Virus record (IMG/VR): IMGVR_UViG_3300034102_002786
Coordinates: 18,413-82,412 of that record
Length of the DNA stretch: 64,000 bases
Reading direction: 5' to 3' (one strand)
Source of the DNA: a virus
Lineage: Duplodnaviria > Heunggongvirae > Uroviricota > Caudoviricetes
Positions 1-11,069 of the stretch are shown piece after piece (the first letter of the stretch is position 1; each line of letters begins with the position of its first letter). Under the pieces are notes generated by a model. It saw nothing but the letters and a program-made list of their open reading frames with translations. It was not told the origin of the DNA and did not search any database. Both the position numbers and the translations under genes were made by a program.

Positions 1-2
1 TC

Positions 3-671
3 CGTAGTTACGATTTAGAAAATCCTTATCCAGAGGAAGGTTACAGACAAATGATAGCACGCTTGGCAGATGTAAACTTTGCGCCAACACAACTTTCCGC
101 TGAAAACTTAGATGCGGAAAGAGTAAAAGGAGATATTCATATAGTTGGAAATACTGTATTGGATAATCTCCTAAAGTATGACAAAGGTAGTTATGGTGAT
201 ACTATCTTAGTAACAATGCATCGTAGAGAAAACTTTTATTGGATGGATGAATGGTTTAAGCAGATTAATCAGTTAGCAATTGATTATCCACAGTATAAAT
301 TTATACTACCAATGCATCCAAATCCAAACGTTCAAAAGCATAAGGGGTTATTGACAAACATAAATGTTGTTGAACCCCTTACGCACGATGAAACTATTAA
401 CATTCTAAAGGATTCTAAGTTAGTAATAACTGATAGTGGTGGATTGCAAGAGGAAGGGGCTTTCTTTAACAAAAAAGTAATAGTTTGTAGAAAAGTAACA
501 GAAAGACCAGAGGGGAAAGGTTCTGGGCATTTATTTGTTTGCGAAACCCCAGAAAAACTATCCGATTTATTTTGTGAATTAGAAAAAAATCCGTATATTT
601 GTAAACCTTGTCCATATGGAGATGGGAAAGCATCGGAAAAAATTTATAAAATATTAAAAGATGAATTATAA
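3..671 (+). CDS. UDP-N-acetylglucosamine 2-epimerase (non-hydrolysing), C-terminal ~220 aa; the gene continues upstream of the window
   Basis: Reading frame is open to the window edge. Motifs HRRENF and DSGGLQEE are typical of the WecB/epimerase_2 family. Confidence 0.7.
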   Translation, partial: RSYDLENPYPEEGYRQMIARLADVNFAPTQLSAENLDAERVKGDIHIVGNTVLDNLLKYDKGSYGDTILVTMHRRENFYWMDEWFKQINQLAIDYPQYKFILPMHPNPNVQKHKGLLTNINVVEPLTHDETINILKDSKLVITDSGGLQEEGAFFNKKVIVCRKVTERPEGKGSGHLFVCETPEKLSDLFCELEKNPYICKPCPYGDGKASEKIYKILKDEL

Positions 672-1848
672 AGTTACGTTTTTAAATCATGCATCGTTTT
701 CAATTGAAACAGACAATTCAATTACATTAGTTGACCCTTGGTATTTTGGTAGAATATTCAATAATAGTTGGTCTTTACTTAAAGATACTGATGATAGTAA
801 AATTGATTATTCAAAAGTAAAATATATTTCGGTATCACATGAACACCCAGACCATTTACATTGGCCTACATTAAAATACATTAAAACAAAAACTGATAAC
901 GAAATTACAATTATATTTCCTCGTAGAACTAATCCAAATGTAATGGATGAATGTAAAAAGCTTGGATACAGTTTTGCATACATTGACCATTATATTGAAA
1001 CTGAAATAGAAGAAGGGTTTACAATAACAGCATTTCCTGAAGGACATGATAGCGCATTGGTTTATAGAATTGGTGATGATGTGATTTGTAATCAGAATGA
1101 TGCTTATTTAGATGATGAAGTTCTTCCTCGAATGAAACAAATGTTTCCTAAAATTGATTTATGGTTATTCCAATTTAGTTTAGCTGGTTATTATGGTAAT
1201 AGTACCGAACCAAATGCAATTATTGAAAAAGGTACAAAATTTCATATAGATAAATTTATTAGATACCAAAATTATCTTCAACCAAAAATGAGTGTACCAT
1301 TTGCTAGTTATGTTTATTTTTGTAAGCAATACAATGACTACATAAATGATTACGCTGTTAGTTTGAATGACTTACTTCCACTTACAAAATATAAAACTCA
1401 AATACCATTTTACAATGAAGAAATATCATTAACATCAAATGAAAATAATGATACCAATATTGTTAAATGGAATGATGTTATAGCAAATTGTAGAAAAGAA
1501 ATAACTACTGTTAGTGATTTCCCAAGCGAAGATTCTATTATAAATGAACTTAATAAATTATATGATTCGGGTTATAGAATAGAAGGTCCTGGTATGGTAA
1601 TACTTGAATTTTTTGATTATAGTAAAAATTTACTTATTGATACAAAGAATAAACAATTTGTGTTTATAACTAAAGAAGAAACACCAACCCAATGGATAGC
1701 TGGTATTTTGCCCGGAGAAGAATTGATGGCTTATTTAAAAACTCCTTGGGGTGGTGATACACTAAACATAACCGGTGCTTTTATTAAAAAACATCAACAA
1801 TTATGGCACATTTTTTTAATGGCAAGAGAACATTTATACCATAGATAA
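661..1848 (+). CDS. MBL-fold metallo-hydrolase domain protein
   Basis: HEHPDH (HxHxDH) metal-binding motif near the N-terminus. Overlaps the upstream stop, as in a tightly packed operon. Confidence 0.5.
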   Translation: MNYKVTFLNHASFSIETDNSITLVDPWYFGRIFNNSWSLLKDTDDSKIDYSKVKYISVSHEHPDHLHWPTLKYIKTKTDNEITIIFPRRTNPNVMDECKKLGYSFAYIDHYIETEIEEGFTITAFPEGHDSALVYRIGDDVICNQNDAYLDDEVLPRMKQMFPKIDLWLFQFSLAGYYGNSTEPNAIIEKGTKFHIDKFIRYQNYLQPKMSVPFASYVYFCKQYNDYINDYAVSLNDLLPLTKYKTQIPFYNEEISLTSNENNDTNIVKWNDVIANCRKEITTVSDFPSEDSIINELNKLYDSGYRIEGPGMVILEFFDYSKNLLIDTKNKQFVFITKEETPTQWIAGILPGEELMAYLKTPWGGDTLNITGAFIKKHQQLWHIFLMAREHLYHR

Positions 1849-1849
1849 T

Positions 1850-2632
1850 ATGAGAAATAAACAATTTCAAAAAGAACTAACTTTTTTCTTAAATAAATTA
1901 AGAAATAACCAAAACTTTGCCTTCGTAAGATTTTCTGATGGTGAGCAATATATTCTTGATAACCAAGAATTAAAATTAGATGATAATCTTATTCAAATTG
2001 GTGAGCATAAGCAAGGTGGTTTATATAAATCGCAAGATTTTAAACACTTTGACCCAATAGAACATGCACATATTAGAGAATTATTATTAGAATCTGCGAA
2101 ACATAAACAATCAGAATACTATAAAGGAATCGGATGTGTTTGTTGTAATGGTAGAGAATATGTTGACAAACAAATTAAAATGTTTAATGGTGATTCTGAT
2201 GATTTAACTTGGGCAAATCTATGGGTTAATGGAAATTATCCAACATTTATAAGTTGGGTACTACCAGAACTTTATAATAAAAATTGTGTTATGGTTTGTC
2301 ATAAAGATGCCGATACATCCAAACTACCATTTGTTGTAAAAGATTTTAGAGTTGGTTACAATGCTATGGTAAATGATTTGCATGTAATTGATGAAATTGA
2401 TAATTGGATTACGGAAAATAAAATAGAAAATCACGTATTTCTTTTCTCAGCATCATCATTTACAAATATAGCTACTTATAAACTATATAAAAAACACCCA
2501 AATAACACCTTTATTGATATTGGTACTTGCTTAACACCATTAATGAAAATGCCAACAGAAAGAGATTATCTTCAAAGGTTTTGGTATTATAGAGGTGGTG
2601 GTGACCTTCAAAAAATATGTATATGGAATTAG
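1850..2632 (+). CDS. hypothetical protein in the glycan locus
   Basis: 260-aa ORF packed against its neighbours; no motif recognised. Confidence 0.5.
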   Translation: MRNKQFQKELTFFLNKLRNNQNFAFVRFSDGEQYILDNQELKLDDNLIQIGEHKQGGLYKSQDFKHFDPIEHAHIRELLLESAKHKQSEYYKGIGCVCCNGREYVDKQIKMFNGDSDDLTWANLWVNGNYPTFISWVLPELYNKNCVMVCHKDADTSKLPFVVKDFRVGYNAMVNDLHVIDEIDNWITENKIENHVFLFSASSFTNIATYKLYKKHPNNTFIDIGTCLTPLMKMPTERDYLQRFWYYRGGGDLQKICIWN

Positions 2633-3234
2633 TAGAATGTACGAAAGACTATTGGGAGTTTGTTAGAAAGCTTCGAATGGATGGTAGAGTAATTGATGGC
2701 TTTTTACAAACAACTCCAATTACCGAAGAACAACAGATAAAGTATATGACAGATAATTCACAACATTATCGTATTGCTTTATTAGATGGTAAGCCCGCAG
2801 GATATGTTGGTGTGATTGAAGATGATATTAGAGTATGTACCCATCCTGATTTTTTTGGAATGGGAGTTGGTAAGTTTATGATAAAATCAGCTATGGCTAT
2901 ATGGCCAACTGCATACGCTAAAGTAAAGCATGGTAATATTGCTAGTGATAAGTTATTCATTAGTTGTGGGTTTGAAGTAAGTGGTAGGGATGAAAACTTC
3001 ACATACTATAAACTAAAAAATAAAATGGTTAGCTTAAAAAGTTCAATTACACAAAAAGGAAAATATGTTTCTAAGATTCTACACTTTGTTGGTGGAGAAA
3101 AAAGAACATTTAATGGAGTTGATACTGATTCAATTAAGCAGGGACAGTTCACAAAGTTTGAAACAAAAGATGGTAGACTTGTTATGATAAATGATAAGAA
3201 TATCCTTTGTATAGAAATAATAAAAGAAGATTAA
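2617..3234 (+). CDS. GNAT-family N-acetyltransferase (putative)
   Basis: GMGVGK resembles the acetyl-CoA-binding motif A. Size and position in a sugar-modification operon fit. Confidence 0.45.
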   Translation: MYMELVECTKDYWEFVRKLRMDGRVIDGFLQTTPITEEQQIKYMTDNSQHYRIALLDGKPAGYVGVIEDDIRVCTHPDFFGMGVGKFMIKSAMAIWPTAYAKVKHGNIASDKLFISCGFEVSGRDENFTYYKLKNKMVSLKSSITQKGKYVSKILHFVGGEKRTFNGVDTDSIKQGQFTKFETKDGRLVMINDKNILCIEIIKED

Positions 3235-3235
3235 C

Positions 3236-3868
3236 ATGATTAAATTACACAACCCATACAAAATCGTAAAGATGTTTGAGGAAGAAGTGGCAGAGTACAC
3301 TGGAGCTCCTTTCGCTATTTCAATTGATAGTTGCACAAATGCACTATTCCTTATTTGTAAGTACTTAGAAGTTAAAGAGGTAACCATACCATCTAAAACT
3401 TATCTATCAGTACCACAATCAATCATCCACGCCGGTGGTGAAGTTATATTTGATAGGAGACCTGAAACAAATCATTGGGTTGGGGCTTATCAATTGAAAC
3501 CATATCCAATTTGGGATGCAGCTAAAAGATTTACTCAAGGTATGTATCAACCCGGAACTTATATGGGATTATCATTTCATATTAAAAAGTTACTTCCAAT
3601 TTGGAAAGGTGGTATGATTCTTACTGATGACCCTAAAGCAGCTGAATGGTTTAAGAGAGCAAGATATGAGGGTAGAAGTGAGAAGTATTATAAGGATGAT
3701 GATATTGAGTTCTTAGGTTGGAATATGTATATGACTCCACAACAAGCAGCACATGGATTGGCAATGATGCAAAACTTACCTTTACACAATTCGGACCAAG
3801 GTGAATTGAATGGCTATAGAGATTTAACCGAATTCACTGTTTTCAAAAATAATAAAGTTATACAATAA
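3236..3868 (+). CDS. DegT/DnrJ/EryC1/StrS-like sugar aminotransferase (short form)
   Basis: DSCTNALFL and WDAA...GGMILTDD segments resemble the PLP sugar-aminotransferase fold. The ORF is only 210 aa, so it may be truncated. Confidence 0.4.
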   Translation: MIKLHNPYKIVKMFEEEVAEYTGAPFAISIDSCTNALFLICKYLEVKEVTIPSKTYLSVPQSIIHAGGEVIFDRRPETNHWVGAYQLKPYPIWDAAKRFTQGMYQPGTYMGLSFHIKKLLPIWKGGMILTDDPKAAEWFKRARYEGRSEKYYKDDDIEFLGWNMYMTPQQAAHGLAMMQNLPLHNSDQGELNGYRDLTEFTVFKNNKVIQ

Positions 3869-4725
3869 TGATAACATTCCATAGATTAGGAGAAAATGGA
3901 AGATTAGGAAATCAATTATTTCAATATGCTGCTTTAAAGGGGTTGGCTACTAAGAATGGTTACCAAATGAAAATACCAAACCCACAAACTATGAGCTGGC
4001 ATGGTCAGATTTCTTTGTTGGATAAGTTTAATATTAATTGTGAATATTTGACTCAAGAAGATGCAAATAAATTACAAAACTTATATGAAGAACCAACTTG
4101 GCAAAAATATGACTCAAACTTCTTTAGTGTACCAGACAATACAACAATAGATGGGTATTATCAAAGTATATTTTACTTTGAACATATAGCTGAGGAAATT
4201 AAAAAAGAACTTACTCCAAAGAATGAATATTTGGATAAAGGAATGAACTATATTGATTTCTTAAAAGAGCAACATCAATGTGAAATTGTTAGTGTGCATG
4301 TTAGGAGAGGTGATAATATGACTAATGGGCAAACTGGATTGATTCAAGCGTATGAACCTGATGGAATGTATGAAACTTATTTCAAAGAAGCAAAGAAAGT
4401 ATTCGATGGAAAGAATGTAAAGTTCTTAGTATTCACCGGTGGGCAGAGATTCAATGAAGACAATAGTATTGATGTTGATTGGTGTAAACAATTCTTTGGC
4501 GAAGATGGATTTCTTTTTTCTGAAGGACAGGAACAAATTGATGATTATTGTAGAATAATGAGTTGTGACCATAATATACTATCACATGCAAGTAGTTTCG
4601 GATGGTGGGCAGCATATGTTAATCCAAACCCAAACAAAATAGTTGTAGCGCCAGAATGGTATCACCCCGATGAACCAACTTTAAAAAGGGAAAAATTTTA
4701 CCCAAAAGAATACATTTTAAAATAA
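3868..4725 (+). CDS. glycosyltransferase family 11 (alpha-1,2-fucosyltransferase-like)
   Basis: N-terminal GRLGNQLFQYA and internal HVRRGD are the GT11 signature motifs. Confidence 0.75.
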   Translation: MITFHRLGENGRLGNQLFQYAALKGLATKNGYQMKIPNPQTMSWHGQISLLDKFNINCEYLTQEDANKLQNLYEEPTWQKYDSNFFSVPDNTTIDGYYQSIFYFEHIAEEIKKELTPKNEYLDKGMNYIDFLKEQHQCEIVSVHVRRGDNMTNGQTGLIQAYEPDGMYETYFKEAKKVFDGKNVKFLVFTGGQRFNEDNSIDVDWCKQFFGEDGFLFSEGQEQIDDYCRIMSCDHNILSHASSFGWWAAYVNPNPNKIVVAPEWYHPDEPTLKREKFYPKEYILK

Positions 4726-4730
4726 AAACA

Positions 4731-5432
4731 ATGGAATTAATATTTGATATAGGATTTAACGTTGGTGAATTTACACAAACATGCTTTAACAAATTCCCAA
4801 ATTGCTCAGTAGTGGCAGTTGAAGCTAATCCGGATTTAGCGGCTAGAGTTTCAAATCATTTTTATACAAACTACAATTTTACACTTTTAAACAATTTAGT
4901 TTCCAATAAGGAAGGAGACATGGTTGATTTTTACATATCAAAATATGCAACAGGTGTATCAACGGCTTCAACAACCTTTATGGAGAATTCTAGATTTACA
5001 AAAGGAAGTAAAAATGTTGAAGCAAATTCAATTAAATGGGAAGCTCCTATTAAAATAGAATCTATAAGTTTGGATAGTATGCTTGAAAGATTTGGTATAC
5101 CCGATTTAATAAAAATTGATGTTGAGGGATATGAATTAAATGTGTTGCAGGGACTAACACAAAAAGCAAATGATATTTGTTTTGAGTGGCATGAAGAAGA
5201 AGCAGAACAATTATATAAAATATTAGACCATTTGGAAAGTTTGGGTTATGACCAATTTGGTGTCATTGGCTGGTTTGATGAAGGTGACGTATTTCCTAAA
5301 GCAACATTTTCAGATAAGGGAGACCCATATTTGGAATACCCAAAAAACTTTTACAAAAGAAGTGAATTGGAATTGGAAAAAATAATTAATTCAGAAAGAC
5401 GTATAAATTATGGTATGTTTTTCGTAAAATAA
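4731..5432 (+). CDS. FkbM-family methyltransferase
   Basis: DIGFNVGEF and IKIDVEGYELNVLQG are FkbM-domain motifs. Confidence 0.6.
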   Translation: MELIFDIGFNVGEFTQTCFNKFPNCSVVAVEANPDLAARVSNHFYTNYNFTLLNNLVSNKEGDMVDFYISKYATGVSTASTTFMENSRFTKGSKNVEANSIKWEAPIKIESISLDSMLERFGIPDLIKIDVEGYELNVLQGLTQKANDICFEWHEEEAEQLYKILDHLESLGYDQFGVIGWFDEGDVFPKATFSDKGDPYLEYPKNFYKRSELELEKIINSERRINYGMFFVK

Positions 5433-5439
5433 TAAATGA

Positions 5440-6366
5440 ATGAAAATAGTAGCAGAACATAGTGGAGAATATGGCGATGTCATAAATAGTTTTTATAATT
5501 TAGAAAGATTTGATGATAACTCTGAAACAGAAGTATTATTTCAAGGATATGCAACATCAATTAATTCAGAACTAAAAGAAAAATATAAAAACTTTAATAA
5601 ACGTACATATCTTAATTTAGAAGCACCTTGTGCATATTGTAGTACAACTAATTGTAATGATGAGCAAGAGTATTTTACACATGTATATACGTTATGTCCA
5701 TATACATGTGATTGGATGAATAAAAAAAGTTCTACAAAATTTATACCAATACCATTCCCATATGCTAAAGAATCTTTTGAATCAATTGATTACACTGCCG
5801 AAAAAACATATGATGTAATTTATATGGGTCATTTATTAGGACAGGAGCATTTTAAAATAATTGATATAATGAAAAATTACAATTATGTTCATGCATCCAT
5901 AAGCGGCTATCAGGCACCATATACACCAACCCATATTAATATTCAAAGTAAATTGAAATGGGATATACTTTCCAAAAGTAAAGTTTCAATAGCAATGAAC
6001 TTAGCACCAATTAATAATGGACATTCTGGTTTTATAACCAAATATGATGGTTGGCAAAACAACCAAGCATTTAAAGATTTGGAAAGTGGATATATACCAC
6101 AATTTAAACCAAGAGTGATAGAATCTATGGTTTGTAAAACTTTGGTTTTGGTAAAATATGACCAATGGAATGTTATAGAAAATTGGTTCACGCCAAACGA
6201 ACATTTTATATATTGGTATAACTTAGAAGACCTTTTTTATAAATTATATCACATTATTCATAACTATAAATCATATCAACCAATTGTAGATGCTGCATAT
6301 GAAAAAGTAAAGGAATACGAGATTGAAAAAATATATCAAAAAATGAAAAATTATGAATCACTTTAA
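5440..6366 (+). CDS. hypothetical protein in the glycan locus (possible glycosyltransferase)
   Basis: 308-aa ORF in operon context; no motif recognised. Confidence 0.45.
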   Translation: MKIVAEHSGEYGDVINSFYNLERFDDNSETEVLFQGYATSINSELKEKYKNFNKRTYLNLEAPCAYCSTTNCNDEQEYFTHVYTLCPYTCDWMNKKSSTKFIPIPFPYAKESFESIDYTAEKTYDVIYMGHLLGQEHFKIIDIMKNYNYVHASISGYQAPYTPTHINIQSKLKWDILSKSKVSIAMNLAPINNGHSGFITKYDGWQNNQAFKDLESGYIPQFKPRVIESMVCKTLVLVKYDQWNVIENWFTPNEHFIYWYNLEDLFYKLYHIIHNYKSYQPIVDAAYEKVKEYEIEKIYQKMKNYESL

Positions 6367-7081
6367 ATCAAAGTTTTTAGGAAATGAAATTTTACTATCA
6401 GATAAATGTAACTCTATATGGGGTGCTTCTCGTGGTGGTGAAATTTATGATGAGCAATTAATAGCAACTTTTTATAATAATATAATCTTTAACAGAGATA
6501 CCATTAATTTTTTTGATATAGGTGCTAATACTGGTAGTTTTATATTTTTACCAATACTTAATAAATCAATTAAATGCTATGCATTCGAACCAAATCCATT
6601 GGCATTTGAAGCATTAGAAGAAAATATTAAACTTAATGGTTTAGAAGATAATGTAAAACCATTCAACTTAGGAATGTGGTCAGAAAAAAAAGAATTGGAA
6701 TTAAAAGTTCCTTTAGATATGACAGATAGTGGTTTGGCAACGTTAGGAGATAACCCATCAAGATTTCAGTATGATAATAAATCTGGTGAATACAAAAACT
6801 TTAAAGTAAATTGTGAAACAATAGATGATTTAATGGAATCTTTACAATTAGAAAGTTTAGACCTTTTAAAAATTGATACGGAAGGTGCTGAACTTAACAT
6901 CTTAAAAGGTGCAGAAAAAACTTTAAGAGAATATCAACCATCAATTCTTTTGGAATATGATGACAAAAATACAACACAATTTGGATATAAAAAAGATGAT
7001 ATAGTTGAATTATTAAAATCATATGGATACTCAACATTCAAACTTATGGCATCTTCCGATTTATACGCAAGTGTTCTTTAA
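6353..7081 (+). CDS. FkbM-family methyltransferase
   Basis: FFDIGANTGSF, CYAFEPNP and LLKIDTEGAELNILKG are FkbM-domain motifs. Confidence 0.65.
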   Translation: MNHFKSKFLGNEILLSDKCNSIWGASRGGEIYDEQLIATFYNNIIFNRDTINFFDIGANTGSFIFLPILNKSIKCYAFEPNPLAFEALEENIKLNGLEDNVKPFNLGMWSEKKELELKVPLDMTDSGLATLGDNPSRFQYDNKSGEYKNFKVNCETIDDLMESLQLESLDLLKIDTEGAELNILKGAEKTLREYQPSILLEYDDKNTTQFGYKKDDIVELLKSYGYSTFKLMASSDLYASVL

Positions 7082-7092
7082 AAACAAAAATT

Positions 7093-8046
7093 ATGAATAT
7101 AGAACAATTTAAAAACAAAACAATTTTAGTTACTGGAGCTAGCGGCTTCGTAGGTAAAAATTTAGTAGAGGAACTACAAAGACAGGGTTTTACAAATCTT
7201 TTAACACCATCTTCATCCGAAGTGGATTTTACGAGAGAAAACGATGTAAGAGGATATTTTCAATTACATCAACCACAAATAGTGTTACATATAGCAGGTT
7301 TAGTTGGTGGTATTGCTGCAAACAAAGCAAGACCAGCTGAGTTCTTTTATAAGAACGCAATGATGAGTGTGTTGATTAATCATTATTCTTATGTTAATGG
7401 TGTTGAGAAGTTGGTATCATTAGCAGCCGGTTGTGGGTATCCAAAAGAAATACCTGTACCATTTTCAGAAGATGATTTTTGGAATGGATTACCTGATATG
7501 AATTCGTATGGTTATTCATTGGCTAAGAAAAACTTAGTAATTGGTGGGTGGGCATATAGAGAACAATATGGTTTCAATACAACGGTATTACTACCAGCTA
7601 ATCTTTACGGACCTTATGATAACTTCCATTTAGAAAATTCGCATGTAATTCCTGCATTGATTAGAAAGTTCATCGCAGCTAAAGAATCAAATTCACCTAC
7701 CGTTGAAGTATGGGGAACTGGTGTAGCAACAAGAGAATTCTTATATGTTGGTGATACTGTTAAAGCAATCATTGACGCTATGGCTTGTAATGAAACAGGT
7801 CCTTTCAATTTAGGAACTGGTGTTGAAACATCTATTAAAGAATTAAACGAAACTATCGCTAAGTTAGTAGGATACGAAGGTGAGATTGTTTGGGATACAA
7901 CTAGACCAGATGGGCAACCAAAGAGATTCTATGATATGAGTAAGTTCAAAGAAACATTTGGATATGTACCAAATACAACTTTGGAGGATGGTTTAAAACA
8001 AACTATTGAGTGGTATTCAAACAACAAAGAAAACGCAAGATTATAA
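7093..8046 (+). CDS. fcl: GDP-L-fucose synthase (GDP-4-keto-6-deoxymannose 3,5-epimerase/4-reductase)
   Basis: Matches Fcl/WcaG along the whole length: TGASGFVG NAD-binding motif, NLYGPYDNFHLENSHVIPALIRKF, VWGTG..REFLYVGD and RPDGQPKR. Confidence 0.9.
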   Translation: MNIEQFKNKTILVTGASGFVGKNLVEELQRQGFTNLLTPSSSEVDFTRENDVRGYFQLHQPQIVLHIAGLVGGIAANKARPAEFFYKNAMMSVLINHYSYVNGVEKLVSLAAGCGYPKEIPVPFSEDDFWNGLPDMNSYGYSLAKKNLVIGGWAYREQYGFNTTVLLPANLYGPYDNFHLENSHVIPALIRKFIAAKESNSPTVEVWGTGVATREFLYVGDTVKAIIDAMACNETGPFNLGTGVETSIKELNETIAKLVGYEGEIVWDTTRPDGQPKRFYDMSKFKETFGYVPNTTLEDGLKQTIEWYSNNKENARL

Positions 8047-8762
8047 TGTTAGAAAGATTTTTAAATGAAAACGGAAAATTCGATATTCCATCGGATGTAG
8101 AAAGCATCAGATTTGATATAGGATTGAGCTATTGTGCACCAAATTCATCATATTGGTTAAATAAAAATAAAAATACTTTTGTTATTGGAATTGAAGCTAA
8201 TAAATACGCTGTAGATTCTATTATAAGGAATGGTTTATATACTAATCAATATGGTATTGGTGTTTCGTTTCCAAATGATAACTTTTTATTATTAAATCTT
8301 GCACTTGATAACGTTGCCGAAAAAACAACAAAACCATTTTATCATATGTCTAATGATGTTGGTGTTTCATCTCTTTTGAAACCAACAAATCAATTAGATG
8401 ATTCGGTTAGAGAATTAAGTGATGTTGATGTTTATCCATTTTTTGAATTACTTGATAGAATAGATTGGGAAAGATTTGACCATATTGACATTGTTAAAAT
8501 AGATACTCAAGGAAAAGATTTAGATATAATCAAAAGTGCTGGAAAATATTTAGATAAAATAGTTTATTTAAATTGTGAAGTAAATACTTTTAATTATTAT
8601 GAAAATAACCCCAAACCAATTGAATTTGACGAATTTTTATTAGCAAATAATTTTGAAAAAATAGTAAATAATTCTTATGTTAATGGTGAGGTTGTTGATT
8701 CAACATATTTTAATAAAAAATATGAAACATTAAGAAATAAAATTGATTCATTCGTATTATGA
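8046..8762 (+). CDS. FkbM-like methyltransferase (putative)
   Basis: IDIVKIDTQGKDLDIIKSAG resembles the FkbM catalytic segment. Start set at the internal ATG, just past the fcl stop. Confidence 0.45.
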   Translation: MLERFLNENGKFDIPSDVESIRFDIGLSYCAPNSSYWLNKNKNTFVIGIEANKYAVDSIIRNGLYTNQYGIGVSFPNDNFLLLNLALDNVAEKTTKPFYHMSNDVGVSSLLKPTNQLDDSVRELSDVDVYPFFELLDRIDWERFDHIDIVKIDTQGKDLDIIKSAGKYLDKIVYLNCEVNTFNYYENNPKPIEFDEFLLANNFEKIVNNSYVNGEVVDSTYFNKKYETLRNKIDSFVL

Positions 8763-9730
8763 AAAAAATATTAGTTACGGGCGGAGCGGGATTTATAGGT
8801 TCTCATTTAGTTAAGAGATTAGTTGAAAGAGGACATGAAGTTACTGCTATTGATAATTTGGAAAGAGGTAAAGTTGATTTCGTTGAAAACATTAAACGAT
8901 TAAAATTGGTTGTATGTGATTTGACAGATTACGAAACAATGCAGCAATTCTTTGAAGATAAAGATGTGGTTATACATTTGGCATCTAAAGTTGGTGGTAT
9001 TGGTGTTTATTTGGATAATCCATATGGTGTTATGAAAACAAATATGGAGATGGATGCAAATGTTTTGAAAGCAATATTGCATTACAAAATAGATACATAT
9101 TTTTACGCATCATCGGCACACATTTATCCAAAGGAGTTACAAATGATTGCAGACTCTCCAATGATTAAAGAATCAGATGCATATCCAGCTAATCCCGAAC
9201 TAACATATGGTTGGGCAAAACTAATTGGTGAAAAATCAATTGAATCGGCAATAGTTGAAAACGATTGGTTAAAAGCAGCAATAGCAAGATTCATTGGTAT
9301 CTACGGACCAAATCAAGACTTTGGATTGGAAACTGGTTCAGTAATTCCTGTATTCTCACATAGAGCAATCAAATATCCTGAAGTACCATTTAGAGTATGG
9401 GGTACTGGTAAAGAAACTCGTTCTTATTGTTACATTGATGATGCTTTGGATTGTATTGAAAAGATGATTGAAGCAATGGATACTAAGCAATTAGTAGGTC
9501 CATACAATGTTGGTAAAGGTGAAAGATGTACGGTAGAAGATATAGCAAATACGGCTGTTGAAATAAGTGGAAAGGATATTGAAATAGAATGGGATACTGA
9601 TAAGAAAACAGTAATATGGGGACAGTGGTGTGATGTATCTAAAGCAAAAGAAGAATTAGATTGGGAAGCACAAACATCTCTGAGAGATGGGATGATAAAA
9701 GTATATAACGATATAAAACAAAGATTATGA
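8759..9730 (+). CDS. NAD-dependent sugar-nucleotide epimerase/dehydratase (SDR family)
   Basis: N-terminal VTGGAGFIGSHLV Rossmann motif and an SDR-type YxxxK region. 323 aa. Confidence 0.8.
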   Translation: MKKILVTGGAGFIGSHLVKRLVERGHEVTAIDNLERGKVDFVENIKRLKLVVCDLTDYETMQQFFEDKDVVIHLASKVGGIGVYLDNPYGVMKTNMEMDANVLKAILHYKIDTYFYASSAHIYPKELQMIADSPMIKESDAYPANPELTYGWAKLIGEKSIESAIVENDWLKAAIARFIGIYGPNQDFGLETGSVIPVFSHRAIKYPEVPFRVWGTGKETRSYCYIDDALDCIEKMIEAMDTKQLVGPYNVGKGERCTVEDIANTAVEISGKDIEIEWDTDKKTVIWGQWCDVSKAKEELDWEAQTSLRDGMIKVYNDIKQRL

Positions 9731-10662
9731 AAGTATTAATTACAGGTGGTGGGGGTTATTTAGGTTCAACCCTTACTAAACATTTATTAGAAGCAGGTTA
9801 CACTGTTACTGTGTTGGATAATTTGATGTATGGTCAATTATCACTATTACATTTATTTGGAAATCCTAAATTCCATTTTGAATTGGGGGATGTTAGAGAT
9901 AAAAAACTTTTGCAAGAATTAGTATCATTGAACGATGTTATTATTCCATTAGCAGCAATTGTAGGTATGCCGGCATGTAAAGCTAATCCAGAATTAACGG
10001 TAGCTGTGAACTATCAACAGATAGCAGATGTATTAGAAGTATTAAGAGATGACCAAAAGTTAATCTTACCAAATACCAATTCACAATATGGTTCATCGGA
10101 TTCAATCATTACTGAAGAATCGCCATTCAAACCATTATCATTATATGCAACAACTAAGTGTGATGCTGAAAACGCAATGTTAGCAAAAGGAAATGGTGTA
10201 TCGTTGAGATTGGCAACTGTGTTTGGTGTATCACCTCGTATGAGAACTGACCTTTTAGTAAATGACTTTACATATAAGAGTGTGGTAGATGGTTACTTAG
10301 TGTTATTTGAAGGACACTTTAAAAGAAACTACATACACGTTCAGGACATAGCTCGTACATTCCAATTTGTTATTGAAAATTATGAGAAGTGTAAGGGGCA
10401 AGCATTTAATGTTGGATTATCAACCGCTAACTTATCTAAATTAGAATTAGCAGAAAAAATTAAATCACATATCCCATCATTAGTAATTAAGCAAGATGAT
10501 TTCAAAGAAGATTTTGATAAAAGAAACTATATCGTATCAAATGAGAAATTAGAAGCGTTAGGATGGAAACCAATTTATGATTTGGATTATGGAATCAAAC
10601 AATTGATACAGGCTTACAAATTGGTAGTTAAGAAAAATAATCAAAATTTTACAAATTTATAA
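9727..10662 (+). CDS. NAD-dependent sugar-nucleotide epimerase/reductase (SDR family)
   Basis: ITGGGGYLGSTLT Rossmann motif. 311 aa. Confidence 0.7.
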   Translation: MKVLITGGGGYLGSTLTKHLLEAGYTVTVLDNLMYGQLSLLHLFGNPKFHFELGDVRDKKLLQELVSLNDVIIPLAAIVGMPACKANPELTVAVNYQQIADVLEVLRDDQKLILPNTNSQYGSSDSIITEESPFKPLSLYATTKCDAENAMLAKGNGVSLRLATVFGVSPRMRTDLLVNDFTYKSVVDGYLVLFEGHFKRNYIHVQDIARTFQFVIENYEKCKGQAFNVGLSTANLSKLELAEKIKSHIPSLVIKQDDFKEDFDKRNYIVSNEKLEALGWKPIYDLDYGIKQLIQAYKLVVKKNNQNFTNL

Positions 10663-10663
10663 T

Positions 10664-11068
10664 ATGACAGAAAGAAAGTATTTACCTACATTAAGTGAAT
10701 TAGTTGACCGTTTAAGTATCGTTCAATTAAAAGAAGTATTCATTACCGAACATAAAGAAGAATACGCGGAAGAAATAAAAGCAATTGTGCATGATATTCA
10801 ATTGTATTTGGATGAAAGTAAAGAACCAATTACAGCTGAAACAATCAGAGCGATTATAGTTTTATCACAAATGAACTTACATATTTGGCATAACGAATCA
10901 AATTATCGTAAGGGAATTAAAGATGGTAATAATTTAGAATTAACACATGGATTAAATGGAATCCGTAATGTTGCTAAAAACAAAATTCAAGAAGTAATGG
11001 GTGGTAGAAAAGATTATAAGATTGATTGCTTAGCAGCAGAATTTAAAGATTGGGAAATTAGTTGGTAG
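10664..11068 (+). CDS. hypothetical protein
   Basis: 134-aa ORF in operon context. Confidence 0.5.
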   Translation: MTERKYLPTLSELVDRLSIVQLKEVFITEHKEEYAEEIKAIVHDIQLYLDESKEPITAETIRAIIVLSQMNLHIWHNESNYRKGIKDGNNLELTHGLNGIRNVAKNKIQEVMGGRKDYKIDCLAAEFKDWEISW

Positions 11069-11069
11069 T